Shown here: one piece after another, positions 52,861-64,000 of the stretch
Layout of the letters: each line of letters begins with the position of its first letter
Position numbering within the stretch: position 1 is the stretch's first letter
Notes under the pieces: model-generated
Told to the model about the DNA's origin: nothing
The model's input: only the letters and a program-made list of their open reading frames with translations
Databases searched by the model: none
Assembly (NCBI RefSeq): GCF_009834535.1
Contig: NC_045696.1
Coordinates: 54,624,001 to 54,688,000, forward strand
Origin: Camelus ferus
Lineage: Eukaryota
Direction of reading: 5' to 3'
Length of the DNA: 64,000 bases
Program-made: the position numbers and the translations under genes

Positions 52861-54236
52861 CAAGAAAGGTCATCTGTTAACGTATTAGAGAGACAAAAAT
52901 ATGTAATGTGTTGGGCAAGTAATACTACATATCCAGATCAGGGCTTGAGTTTAACTTTTCACAAGTATCCTTCTCATTCCAGACAAACAAGCTTGATATC
53001 TCATCATATAACTTTATTCATATAAGCTTCATCTAAAAAGTTTTGAATCAGGGTTCAAAAATACACATAGATAAATAGATCAAATACAACAAAAAAGGAG
53101 TACTGAAAGAAAACAAAGGGTGGTATGCATATATTTCTGTAACTGTTTCAACTGTGCAGTTCATTTGGCTCTGAGCTCCCAAGAAAACCAAGTCAATGGG
53201 ATAATGCGGTTAGTTTTCAGTTTCATGGTGCCCACAAGAGAAGAACAAACCTCTTTTTCCATAGTTATGAAGACTGAGAGAACTTACCCGCCAGGGTGGT
53301 CGTAAAGGTGGTACTTTGTAAAGTAGCATCATCAACCAACTAATTGCCTACAATGCTTATAATAATAAACCTCAGAAGTTTTAAAATAGCAACATCACAT
53401 TTTAAGAACCTACATTAAAATGTTTAAAAACAGTAAAAAATATAAAGGGTCAACCTTGAATGCATGAGTTTCCAACTGGCTTCAAACTGGACTGCACCAC
53501 TATCACACGTCCTTAACCGCAGACTATCCGTGCTTTCAGTTTGCCCCCAAGCCCGTTGTGGTGTCCTGTCCTTATACAGATTTCCCTCTACAAAACGCCA
53601 CGCTATACTTTCCCTCTCATCAGCTTTTATTTCCAATACCCTGTGCTTTTTTCCATTTCATTTTGGGTTATATTTTCCAATTCTCTGGCAATGCAGAGAA
53701 GAGGTCAAAGTCGTTCATCTGGAACTAGGAGGAGAAAAAAAAAAACAAAAACAACACACCTAATCCACAAAACAGCAAGCTTACTATTCCAAATAGTAAA
53801 TGGTGGGGAGAGAGCAAGGGCCTCCAGAACTTGAAAAGCTGGCTTCAGACAATAAATCAAAAGCACTTAAGTTAGTACCAAACCACCTTGGGCTTTCATA
53901 CCTGACTGGCATAAAATTTAAATAAAAAATAAAAAGGGTAGTGATGAAGAACAGAAAAAGGTATCCTCCCTAACGGAGCTGTGAAAAAACGAATGGAGCG
54001 CAGTCTCCGTCACGCTCAGTGTCTGCTTACAGAAGCCGTCCGGACACATCCCGCAACAGCACCCAGGCTGCACCTTGGTTGTGCCTTCAGGTCCAAGGTC
54101 TTTTGTTTCTTCCCCTTTGTCTGTCTCATGCCTTTAGATCAGGTCCCCCTCAGAGGTTACCTATACACTGTCCCTTGCTTTTGAAAACCCTCATCCTAAT
54201 CTCCACCTCCTTATTTTTTTCTTTTTCTGTCTGCAG

Positions 54237-54286
54237 AAGTGTGAGCCTGTGCGTAACCCTGGAAAGACCAGAAGGGCCAGGGCCAG
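54237..54286 (+). other. Candidate 50-nt spliced exon (transcript unknown, probably non-coding)
   Basis: Branch-like cctaat at about 54195, a long polypyrimidine tract, ctgcag| acceptor and CAG|gtaagc donor. Confidence 0.35.
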
Positions 54287-56714
54287 GTAAGCACGTAAAG
54301 GTCATTCTCATACTGTTTTCTGCACAGCCTCAAGTGGGAAGTCCCACAGTTCTCATCCAAGGAGTCTGTCTCCATGACATTTGCAGATTTAGCTTCAAAA
54401 AAATAACTGAAACCCTTGCCTTGGACATTGGAGAACAGCATGTTGTCTGAGAGGTCTGATTTTGATTGCAAATCATAGGTTCTGCTCAGCACTCAGCACG
54501 TGGTTGATAACCGTCCAGTGGCAGTTCCCATCTCTCTAGCAGGGGAAAACTAAGTGAACTACATCGTGCTCTGCTTTCCCACAGCTTCTCCTTGTCCTCT
54601 TCCCCTTCAGCCACCGCACTCTGTTCTGGGGAGAATTCTTACCAGCTGAGTTGTGGCTTTCACCTTGGCTGGACATTTAAAGGGATGAGATAAAGAAAAG
54701 AAAATTAACTGTCTCCAAATTGAACACACACTCCTTGTTGCTGGAGACACAGTAGGTGACTGTCACAACCAGTTGATCATCTCTCCTCCTTTCCATGTTC
54801 AAAGCCCCTACAACTTTCTTTCAATGCATGAGGTTATCATTCACACCCGATGGAGAATAGGTCCTGAAGTGTCCTGGCCAAAGTCCTCTCTCAAGAGCTC
54901 ACTGAGTCTATGTTTGGGTTAAAAATAAGCCCAGTGCAAAGAAAAGCAATATTGAAGGTGATTATTTTCCCTCTGACAAATGAACCTTCAGTCTCTAGAG
55001 ACTGGGAAAGAATGTGGTTGTATAATTTTCCTAGTACTCCCCTAGAACAGAGTCAAGACTGTATTCTTTGTCATCCCAAAGATAAAACTGCAAGAGAAGA
55101 AAGTTGACACGATTTACTCAGGTCATGGAAGTGTGCCCAAAGTTTACATAAACAAAACAAAACAAATAGTTTCCAGATGCCCAGTCTGGCATAAGATCAC
55201 TTGGCAACCCTGATCTCAGGGCAGCATCCTCTGTCAAAGCCTTGGTGGGAAACATGTGTCTAAGATAGAGTTGAAACGGCGGTAGACATGAAGTCCCAGC
55301 ATTATGAACTCAGAGCTCTCGGTGTCTCCATCTGCCCCTGATTTAATGTGGACGGCAGTATCTCTGCCACTGACAAGAGCAGCATTTCTTGTCACTTCGT
55401 GTACTAAGCTATTTCTGCCATGACATATATCAAGGGGACCAGGATCCTGAGGATTTATTGGGAGTGTTAATAACTGCATGTAAGCAAGGTCCAGGCTCCT
55501 CGTCTGCAGCCCGGGGGAGCCCTGCTAAATGTGGTGGTGTATATTCTTCTTTGGACAGGGAGCTCATATTTAACGCACAGTTTTGTCTTCCCTGACTGCA
55601 CTCTGAAAAATTATGTTTTTAGTAAATAAATATTTAACAGATTGCCTAGTGTCTGCATGTTCTATTAGTCTGGCTGGATTCAATATCCAGGACTGTGAAA
55701 GCAAAGCTAAGACAGACTTCTTTTGTAAAAAGTAACAATGGTATTGTTTTTACAGGCTTTTTATCTGTTCACTTAGGTTGTTTCTTACATTCACATCCCA
55801 ATTTTGTTTTCGATATATACATACCCACATATTTTGGCTTTTAAACAGGTTTTAAAGAACACAGATTTGAAGAGATAGGAAACACACTGATATTGGCTGC
55901 TGTTATTAGGAAATCCAAGATCACAGGAATTCTTCTCTGTCCATTTAGTATTCTCCTCTTTTGCTTCTCTTGCTCCTTCCCCAAGGCTAGTTTCCCAAAC
56001 TGTTAAGTACACACAGCAAAACTGGATCTGCTCCATCTTATCCAAAATAAAACTGACAACTAAATCTATTATGTATTAATTAAATATAAACAGAGAGCAT
56101 CTATCCACTCAGTCCCTAAACCACTGTGTACATAAAATATAGGTGCCTCTTACAAGCATTTTCAGAAGTCAACTGTGGTTAAAATTCACAACCTGTAGAT
56201 ACTTTTTATCAGATATTACAATTGCCTGGAGATACTATTTTTATGGGCATTCATTTATTTCCAATTTCTACAACATTCCGGGAAAGTTCTGTATGAAAGG
56301 CAAAAAGCAGAAATAAAATACATAGTGCCAGGTTATATTCTGATGCATACAAATGGATCTGTATCAGTGACATTTATTTCCTGTTTATAAATAGTAATAT
56401 GTTCTTTGTACTCTGATTTAGTTTTCTTTTTTTTGTGATATGTATAATTATATTATTCCTGCAACACAGGTATATTTCTTCTTTCTGGTGCATTATATCT
56501 GTTTATACAGTCTCTTATTAATTAGGCACAGTTAAGAAAAGTCAGTCTATAACAAATGTTACTAAACTGTGCCTTCTTGTGGCTGAGAAAGAAATGAGAT
56601 GGGGGAAGAAAAAACCATGAATTAAAGAAAAGCAAAATATAAATACACTTGCATTTAAAAACCAGGTAGACTCATGTTAGTACAGACCCAGCAGAAACTA
56701 ATCTAAATGTTTCT

Positions 56715-56815
56715 TCTTACAGATGAGGACACTGAGCCTCGGAGGGGTTTGCCTAATGTCTCAGAGAGAAAGGCACACCTGTACCTAAAACCAACAGGCC
56801 AGTATCATTTTCACA
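56715..56815 (-). mobile_element. MIR SINE fragment
   Basis: Core 'ttacagatgaggacactgagcctcggagggg'. Confidence 0.7.
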
Positions 56816-56816
56816 T

Positions 56817-56829
56817 TGCTGACTCAGCA
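56817..56829. promoter_or_regulatory. Perfect T-MARE (Maf recognition element) TGCTGACTCAGCA
   Basis: Exact 13/13 match to the T-MARE consensus; contains the AP-1 core TGACTCA and the ARE core TGACTCAGCA. Confidence 0.5.
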
Positions 56830-58123
56830 CCTGGACCAGAAGGTAGCTGCTCCTTTCAAGACAAGTTCTTTTAGCACTGATTCCACGATTCCATTTTGCA
56901 CTTTAAGTCCAACAACTTTCTCTTCTACCCATCCCTAAAAGGTACCTATATGACGTCCTAAGACTCTGGGCCACATTCTGTCATTTCCCCCCTTGTATTC
57001 TCTTGCCTAACCATACGAGGACACACATGTAGCAAACAAGATGAGTATGTGGTGACTGAGTATCTAGAGAATACAAATACATGCCTAATACAATAGGCAA
57101 TCAATTATGTCTTGGATTCTAAATAAATGTGCCAAGAGATAAAATCAAGGGGATGTGAGATCTAAAACTACTTCCTAGTAAGAGAGACAAAGGATTATTT
57201 TTTCTTATCTTACCCAAGCACAGTCTATTTAGACAAATCTAACAAGTAATCCATAGGTCTCTGCTATACATAGGAAGACAGAGACTCAGAGAATAAAAAT
57301 CTGTCCACACCACACTAACCTCCCCTTGTCCAAGATATTTGTGTTATACTTCAAGCACAATGTAGAAGCATAAAAAGGAGTGAATTTATGTAGATCATTA
57401 GAAAGCAGTTCAAAAACAGACCACATAGAGATCACAAAGCCATCATCTGCTGGTGTTGGGATGTCTGAGTGTTTGTGATGAATGCATTTGCAAATATTGC
57501 TGTGAAGTAATTTCCTTCCATTTCTGGAGTACTCCAGATAAATTAGATTTCCCTCTAATCACATCTGTTGCCTGTGTATGAAAAAAAGGTAGTCTGTCTG
57601 CATAAGACACACAATATGTACTTGGAGGGTACAGGACAGAGAGGCTTAGCGGAAAACTGCCACATGTAATCACAATGGGGCAGAGGACAACCAAACAAAA
57701 AGTCACAGGATGCTTCGCAAGCAGAGACCACGCAAAATGACATCCCAGATGTTGTCGTGAGAATATTACAGAGCGTGCGCAATTCATCTGTTGGATGTAA
57801 GCAAGACCTTTCACAAATGGGGCACCATGTTGAGAACCAGCTAACCTAGGTTGAGTACTTTAAATAAACAAATCAGGTTTACCATGCTATTGACCCAATA
57901 CATCCACCAATGAAAGCAGAAATGTATTAAGACGATAGAAGAAAATTTAAACTGAAACCCAATTAATAAAGTGGCTATTATGGCTCTAGCATATGTCAGA
58001 ATCAGAGGTAGTTCTGACAACTTAAAAGTAATATCTAGTCATTGATTGTGCTAGAATTCAAAAAGGAACTATTAAATACAGCGGCCCCTCACATAGTCAA
58101 AGGTTCTTTAATGGTAACCTACT

Positions 58124-58541
58124 GATAGCAGATGCTGTTGATGAACTGCCCAAATTCACTTGGGATAGTCCGTTTCAGAAAATACTGACCATGTCCTACT
58201 GCAAGTCCATGTGACTCTTCACTGGAGAGCTTTGTCTTGGCATTCACAGGGCAGACTAGAAGCCCTGGAAATTAATGTCCCTAGGAAGAGCACCCAACTA
58301 ATGACAGATGGAAGTGGGAGGACAAATTCCCAGCTTCCATGCCTTTAGGTGGGAAGCCTGAGACTTGTTCCCACACTCCCCGGTGAGGCTGACCCTAGTA
58401 CATGACACACTCTCGACTGGCTTCCCTGCATGCTTGGCCACACATTCTATTACCCATTTTTTCTTGAGATTATTTCCCAAGTAAACTACCTGCAATCAAA
58501 TCTTGTTTGGAGTCCATTTCAGGAGAAACACAACTTAAAGC
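58124..58541 (+). mobile_element. ERVL solo LTR, LTR16-like
   Basis: Starts 'tgatagcagatgctgttgatgaactgccca'; internal 'caactaatgacagatggaagtgggaggacaaattcccagc'; ends 'tcccaagtaaactacctgcaatcaaatcttgtttggagtccatttcaggagaaacacaacttaaagca'. Confidence 0.82.
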
Positions 58542-59605
58542 ATGACCTATTCAAAACTAGGCCCAGAATAGGAAACTAAGCTACAAAAATAGGTCTAAGA
58601 ATGTCCAAAGGTTTTAATTCCCATGTACCAAAGTGCATATATTTTACTTACAATGAGACTATCAAGCAGTAGGAACATGGAGGAAAGAGGCAGAAAACCA
58701 CCAAACACAAGTGACAACTTATGAAGCAATCAGAGTAGGGACAATCAGGCTTCAATAATCTAGTAAGACCTGAAGGCTTTTAGTACAGTATCTCAGAGTA
58801 CAGTTCCTGTTTACACTGATGGGCTGCGTCATTAATCATTAAAAAGTTGAATGACAATGGGTGTGGTGTAAGAATGCAGGGGATATACAGGCTAATTTGT
58901 ACAAATATACATTAAGAATTGCTAAAAATGAAGAGTTCTTATTTAAAAATTAAACTTCAACTACCTGGAAAACATTAATGCAGAATATACTACTTTCCTG
59001 GGACTGGAGGAAAGCAGATGACATCATACATGTCTGCTATAGCTTAGTAACTATAACACAGTTAACAGAGTTCAGCAAATATAACTTGTACGGACACTTT
59101 ACCTAGAAAGTAGAGAGTCATCACTGAGGTAGGACAGTTGAGGCATAGAGAAAGTAACCATGAGTTAGGAAGACTATTCATCTAATTTTTGATCTGAGAA
59201 CAAACTGAGTCAATTTTTCACAATTTCTTAAAATCACATCCCATCCATTTTTGCATCAATCTGTGCTTTTTTATCTCTTGTTTTATATGGGCTGGACTAT
59301 ATTCATATGTTGGTAGAATAAGCTTAAGGAGTGAGAGTTGATGTCATGAAAGGGCTGCGGCTATAAAAGTATTTCCCCACTGATCAACGGTTGACTCTGA
59401 ATTCTGCCACTAGCAGTCTAGATCTTTGGTTTAACCACTGTTGTGTTTCATCTCATGAGACTATGCCTAAGGCGAGGACCACTTCAGGTCGCTCACACCT
59501 TAATGTAAGTAATACTGAAAGCTTTGTGTAGTGACAGAATGAACCTCCAATCAGAGAAATTAGGGCTACAACAAAACAGTGATATGATGGAATATCCTTA
59601 AAGCC

Positions 59606-59731
59606 TTTTTAAAGTGTTTATTAATTTGGGGGTGGTAACTAGGTTTATTTGTTTAATGGATGGACCGGGGATTGAACCCAGGACCTTGTGCATGCTAAGC
59701 ATGTGCTCTACCACTGAGCTATACCCTCCCC
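59606..59731 (-). mobile_element. tRNA-Ala-derived camelid SINE (Vic-1-like)
   Basis: The reverse strand reads GGGGAGGGTATAGCTCAGTGGTAGAGCACATGCTTAGCATGCACAAGGTCCTGGGTTCAATCCCC, with A box, AGC anticodon loop and B box. AT-rich tail; TSD ttaaagcc at 59598 and 59733. Confidence 0.9.
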
Positions 59732-59754
59732 TTTAAAGCCATTTTTAATAATTC

Positions 59755-59776
59755 CTTTTTTTTTTTTTTTTTTTTT
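59755..59776. repeat. Poly(T) run, about 22 nt
   Basis: Read directly. Confidence 0.9.
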
Positions 59777-60390
59777 ACAGAAGTAGCTTAACATCATATT
59801 AGGCTATATGATTATATGATTCTGGCTAAAAATCAGAAGTATAGATGTAAGGAAGCTTTTCATTAAAATAAAACACCTAACAGTTAAACAAGCATAGAGC
59901 CTAAAGAATGTAACAAATTGGTATCTGCCCCTGTCTGTGAACAGAAATACTGTGATTCCATAGATGTATACATAAAGCTATGTGTCTTTGTCTCCATTTT
60001 GTTCAATTCCTATGTCTTTGTCCTGTTTCACACTCTCCATCCCTACATTTTGGAAATCATTCTACACTCAGAGCTCGTCCTCCAGTAGCCGACCTTATTC
60101 CTTCTGTGACTATGACCTCCACACAGAGGAGAACTTCTGATGCACTATACATGACTGGCCTAGGCAGACAGATGGCCTGGAACATTACCAACAGACAAGC
60201 ATAGCAAAAAAAAAGGCACCAAAGGAGAAACCGGCCCAGTAAAATCAAACGATGTAGAGCAGCACTGAGACGAAGGTGGAAAACTACATTCCATCCTTTT
60301 CTTTATTCTGACTGTATTAAGTTAGATGTGCCTGATGCACTTTACATTTCCTGGGGACAGGGTATTAAAATAAACCAACTCGACTCGAGC

Positions 60391-60523
60391 TTTTTTCTAA
60401 CATTTTATTTTGGTGGGGGATGTAATTAGGTTAATTAATTAATTAATGGTGGTACTGGGGATTGAACCCAAGACTTCATGCATGCTAAGCATGCACTCCA
60501 CCACTGAGCTATACGCTCCCCCC
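60391..60523 (-). mobile_element. Second tRNA-Ala-derived camelid SINE (Vic-1-like)
   Basis: Same head ('ggggattgaaccca...catgctaagcatgcactccaccactgagctata'), (TTAA)n in the tail, and TSD-like actcgagc / actcaagc. Confidence 0.9.
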
Positions 60524-61674
60524 AACTCAAGCATTTTTGAAGTATTTACTCTGTGACAAACCCTACATTAGGTAGAGGACAGAGCAACAAACAGGTCACA
60601 GTCTCCACCTCTAAAATGGAGAGGATCCCCGCATACAACGTTATGGAACCAGCAGCAAGGGGTCTATCCCGCAGGCTGTGGGAGGCAATGTCACCTGAGG
60701 AACGGAAGCTCCTGTGCTTTCTGACTGCCATTGTAGTGATTTGAACTGCCAGTCACTCAGTGTTTTTGACTTGTTTCCATAAACTCTGACCTAAAACACT
60801 GGAAATCCTGCCAATAACTCACTAAGGAGGGAAAAAAAGAAAAAAAAGCAATGACCTGTCTCTGCTCCTTTTAATTAGCTCAGAAATCTGGCAACCAGAT
60901 ACCCTGACAGAGAAAAGATAAAATAAAGTCTTATTTAAAATACCATGGGAGGCTTACTCTGGAACACTGACCAGCCCCGTCGTGACAGGGGAGGCACCCA
61001 GGGTGAACGATAAGCAAGATGCAGCTCAGCTTGCAGTCCCTATTTAAATTCCCGTGTGCATCTTCCATCCACCTGCTCTGATTTGCATTGAGGCCCCAGA
61101 ATGGGCAGGCTGACAGAGTGGTCTGACAGCATCATGCCTTCTGGTCGTCTTGGCAGTTCCTTCTTCTTCAGGTATGATAAACGAAGCTCCTGAGAGGCTC
61201 TGGCAGGCTTCCAGGTGGTGGTGTGTGTATGCATTGAAGGGAGTGACAGAGACTCCAGTAACACGTCACATGAGCACACTCCCTTCCCACTTTGATTTTT
61301 ATCTGGCATGTTTTATTCATCCCAAGTTCTCTGCTGTGTCAAAGAAATGAATGGGATGAATGTCACAGAATGTCCCCTCTACAGGTTCAAACTCTTGCTC
61401 TCCTTTTCAGTCTATGTCCCCGTCACCAACCCCAAGACTAAAAGCTTCTGTTAAAAACTCGAACATGGATGTGGGGGGCTTCTTTTTTCTCACCCCATAA
61501 TTCAAAGACTCAAGAAGAAAAGGCATTGGGATTCCTTTCCTAATCCTCATAGCTAGCCTTCAAATTACACAAGCCCACCTCCTGTGCTAGATGTGAATAA
61601 GAACATAAATACATACATGGCACCTTGTACCTAAAAGAGGATGTTTTTAAGTGGGAAAACAAAACAGAAACGTT

Positions 61675-61895
61675 CACAAATTGGGAGTTTGAGATTTGCA
61701 AATATTAACTAGTTTATATAAAATAGATAAACAAGTTTCTTCTGTATAGCACAGGTAACTACATTCAATATCTAGTAGTAACCTATAATGTGAAAGAATA
61801 TGAAAGCTAACATAGGTATCTACATGTATGACAGAAACATACTGTATACCAGAAATTGACACATTCTAAACTGACTGTACAACAATTAAAAAAAC
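61675..61895 (+). mobile_element. Short L1 3' end, same family as the 20.6-21.3 kb element
   Basis: 'aaattgggagtttgagatttg...aaatagataaacaagtttcttctgtatagcacagg...ccagaaattgacacatt' followed by an A tail; clearly similar to 21068-21270. Confidence 0.9.
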
Positions 61896-62629
61896 AGTGC
61901 TGCAAGATTTCAACACCAAGTTAAGAGGGGTTCACACACACAGTGCCAACAGAGGAACAGTGAGGTGGCCATTCATGGGACAGTGCAGTAACTGGAAGGT
62001 TTTATGATACTGAACTGGGCTTTCAGGAAGAGATAATGACTAAGCAGTGAAGTTTTAAAGGGTATTTCAAGTGAGCTGAATTTAGTAAATAGAATCCAAA
62101 TAGCCATGTTTGAGGCTATTCAAAAAATTAGCTAGGAATTTTAGATAGATTTTTTTTTAATTTCTTAATATCACATCACTCTTTCTTAGAGATTAGACTC
62201 ATTGTCTAGTCCTCTCTGCCAGCATCCAGGCAGAGCTGTCACTGACTCTTTCCTTCCACTCCACTTCCGCTACTTTGGCCAGGACTGCCTGTGCGTTCCC
62301 TGGGTGACACAGAAGGCTGGCTGAGATGTCACCCATGACAGGCCTAAGTGGCTAGTTTCAGACATCAGTCGCTAATACTGATCTCAGTGTCCCACATTTG
62401 ATTGCTTGGATGATTAATAGGATTTTCATGACAGTTTTGTAGCATGTTTCTTCTTCTTGTCTTTCACTTTAATAAAAGCGGGATTACCTATCCTCATCAT
62501 GCTGGGTCTAAAGAAGTAGTCAAGTTGACAAGAAAAAAAAAAGTGACACGTACTTTGAGAAGGGGGAAGACAGAGGAGCTTAAGTCAGCTTTTTTTTTTC
62601 AGGGGCCAAAGTAGTGACTCTTGTTTTGC

Positions 62630-62790
62630 TGGACATGGGCCTTTCATTTTCTGCCTGTATTTGTATACCGAATGCCTCTGAGCATCAGCCTTTTTGTCTA
62701 TGAAACGAGGCTAATAATACAAATGTAGCCCAGAGCAAAGCTATAAGGATGAATTAATAAAACATGACTGTTAAACCCACTGCAAACATG
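62630..62790 (+). mobile_element. MIR SINE fragment
   Basis: 'cctctgagcatcagcctttttgtctatgaaacgaggctaataatac...ataaggatgaatt'. Confidence 0.6.
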
Positions 62791-64000
62791 AAGCATGGTC
62801 TGAAGCTACTTGGTTAGAAAGTAATAAAGTGAAGCCTTTGAAAGAACAGGGCAGAGCTGCAGCAGGCTCAGTGCCCCGGCACCTCTCCCTTGGAGCATTC
62901 ACGTCAGGGGGACCTGCTTTGTATCCTCACCACAGAAATTGTTCCCAAACCCCAGACCAGGAGTGTCTCCCGTAAAGGCTCAATACTCACACAGGCCTCC
63001 CTATTCTTCCACTTGCACCTGCTGTTCTCCGATCGTTGGTGAATCTTAGTTGCTAGATTTTGATTCCATCCTTTCTCATAAAGATCTCTCACCTTCCAAT
63101 TGTCTCAGCTGAAAATAAAAATTCTTTCTACAGTAGAAAGAATTCCCCAATCATGCTCTTCACTCAATAAAGCAGAAGGCCTTGATGCTGCTTCTCCCTC
63201 ACCTCCCTTGTGTCTATCTGCATGTGTCTCTCTGTCACATACACACACATGTGCATGCACATGTAGTGAGATTACAATGATTAACTGGGAACCATGTGAC
63301 AGGAGAGAATACCTTCTCCAAGAAGTGGATTCTGAAATACTCACTAACTTGGCTTGATTCAAAAATTCTGTAACGAATTAATAGAAATATTTACCACACA
63401 GGTTTCTCTGAAAAGCACTGTGCTAGCCGTAGTGTAGAACAAGGTCACAAGCCCCTTGCCCTCATAAGGCAGAGAGGTCCGTACATAAGTAACCATAACA
63501 TCAATGGATCCACGGTGCTGTCTCTGTCTAAGGGATACAAGCAAAGGGAGAGAGATTTCAGCTTGATACAAGAAAGGAAGGATAGATGAAAGGAAGTCTT
63601 ACGTCTGTAAAGGGACCTGCATAATCTCATCAGGACAATAAATGCTTCCATGTAAGTTATTTAAGTTAAACTTTCTGACTACTCTATGGTATAGCATTAT
63701 TATTCCAGATGTTAAAACTGACAATCAAAAAAGTAACTTTCCCCATTTGTCAGTGTCAGTGGTATAATATGAAGTTAAGAGCACATTCACAATATAAAAC
63801 CTGGGATTCTGTTGGTAGTTCCAAACATACTACTACTCATAACTATGCCAGCAATACCACATTGTATAAATTACCATATAGAGTATAAATCTTTGAGTGG
63901 ATTGGTGTGGATACCCTTAAATTGCTGGCACTATGTTAATCAACAGAGTTGTAGTGTCACTAAATGGCTACTTGGAAACATTTTCTAACAATAGTATGAC

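Noticed and set aside
54019..54450. 143-aa ORF over the CpG-enriched patch
   Set aside because: Non-ATG start, runs through a polypyrimidine tract, and has no recognisable domain.
56823..56840. REST/NRSE-like TCAGCACCTGGACCAG
   Set aside because: Half-site spacing is 1 nt rather than the canonical 2, and the right half mismatches.
59660..59731. tRNA-Ala(AGC)-like sequence (also at about 60450-60523)
   Set aside because: It is a SINE head with an AT-rich tail and TSDs, and the acceptor stem is poor; not a functional tRNA.
1..64000. CRISPR arrays, operons, rRNA, known miRNA hairpins, processed pseudogenes, foreign inserts
   Set aside because: None seen. No regularly spaced repeats or long coding frames, and composition looks uniformly mammalian non-coding. 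A miRBase/Rfam/BLASTx search would be needed to exclude weak cases.

Overview
Mammalian non-coding DNA, most likely from a camelid (alpaca, llama or camel). This rests on two tRNA-Ala-derived SINEs of the Vic-1 type and several cetartiodactyl-type L1 3' ends. I recognise no protein-coding gene: the ORFs in the track look like chance or repeat-derived frames, and the only recognisable protein sequence is decayed L1 ORF1/ORF2. A large part of the window is interspersed repeats (L1, L2, CR1/L3, MIR, MaLR/ERVL LTRs, MER20, MER5A) plus microsatellites. Repeat orientation suggests a long intron of a minus-strand gene, which I could not identify. The most interesting local signals are a twin-primed 5'-inverted L1 with intact target-site duplications (TSDs), a three-hairpin segment at about 52.1-52.3 kb, and a CpG-enriched patch with exon-like splice signals on both strands at 53.3-54.7 kb. 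A perfect T-MARE, an RFX X-box, and G4 and Z-DNA motifs are also present. I found no convincing previously undescribed biological system. Repeat names and boundaries come from recalled consensus sequences by eye and are approximate.
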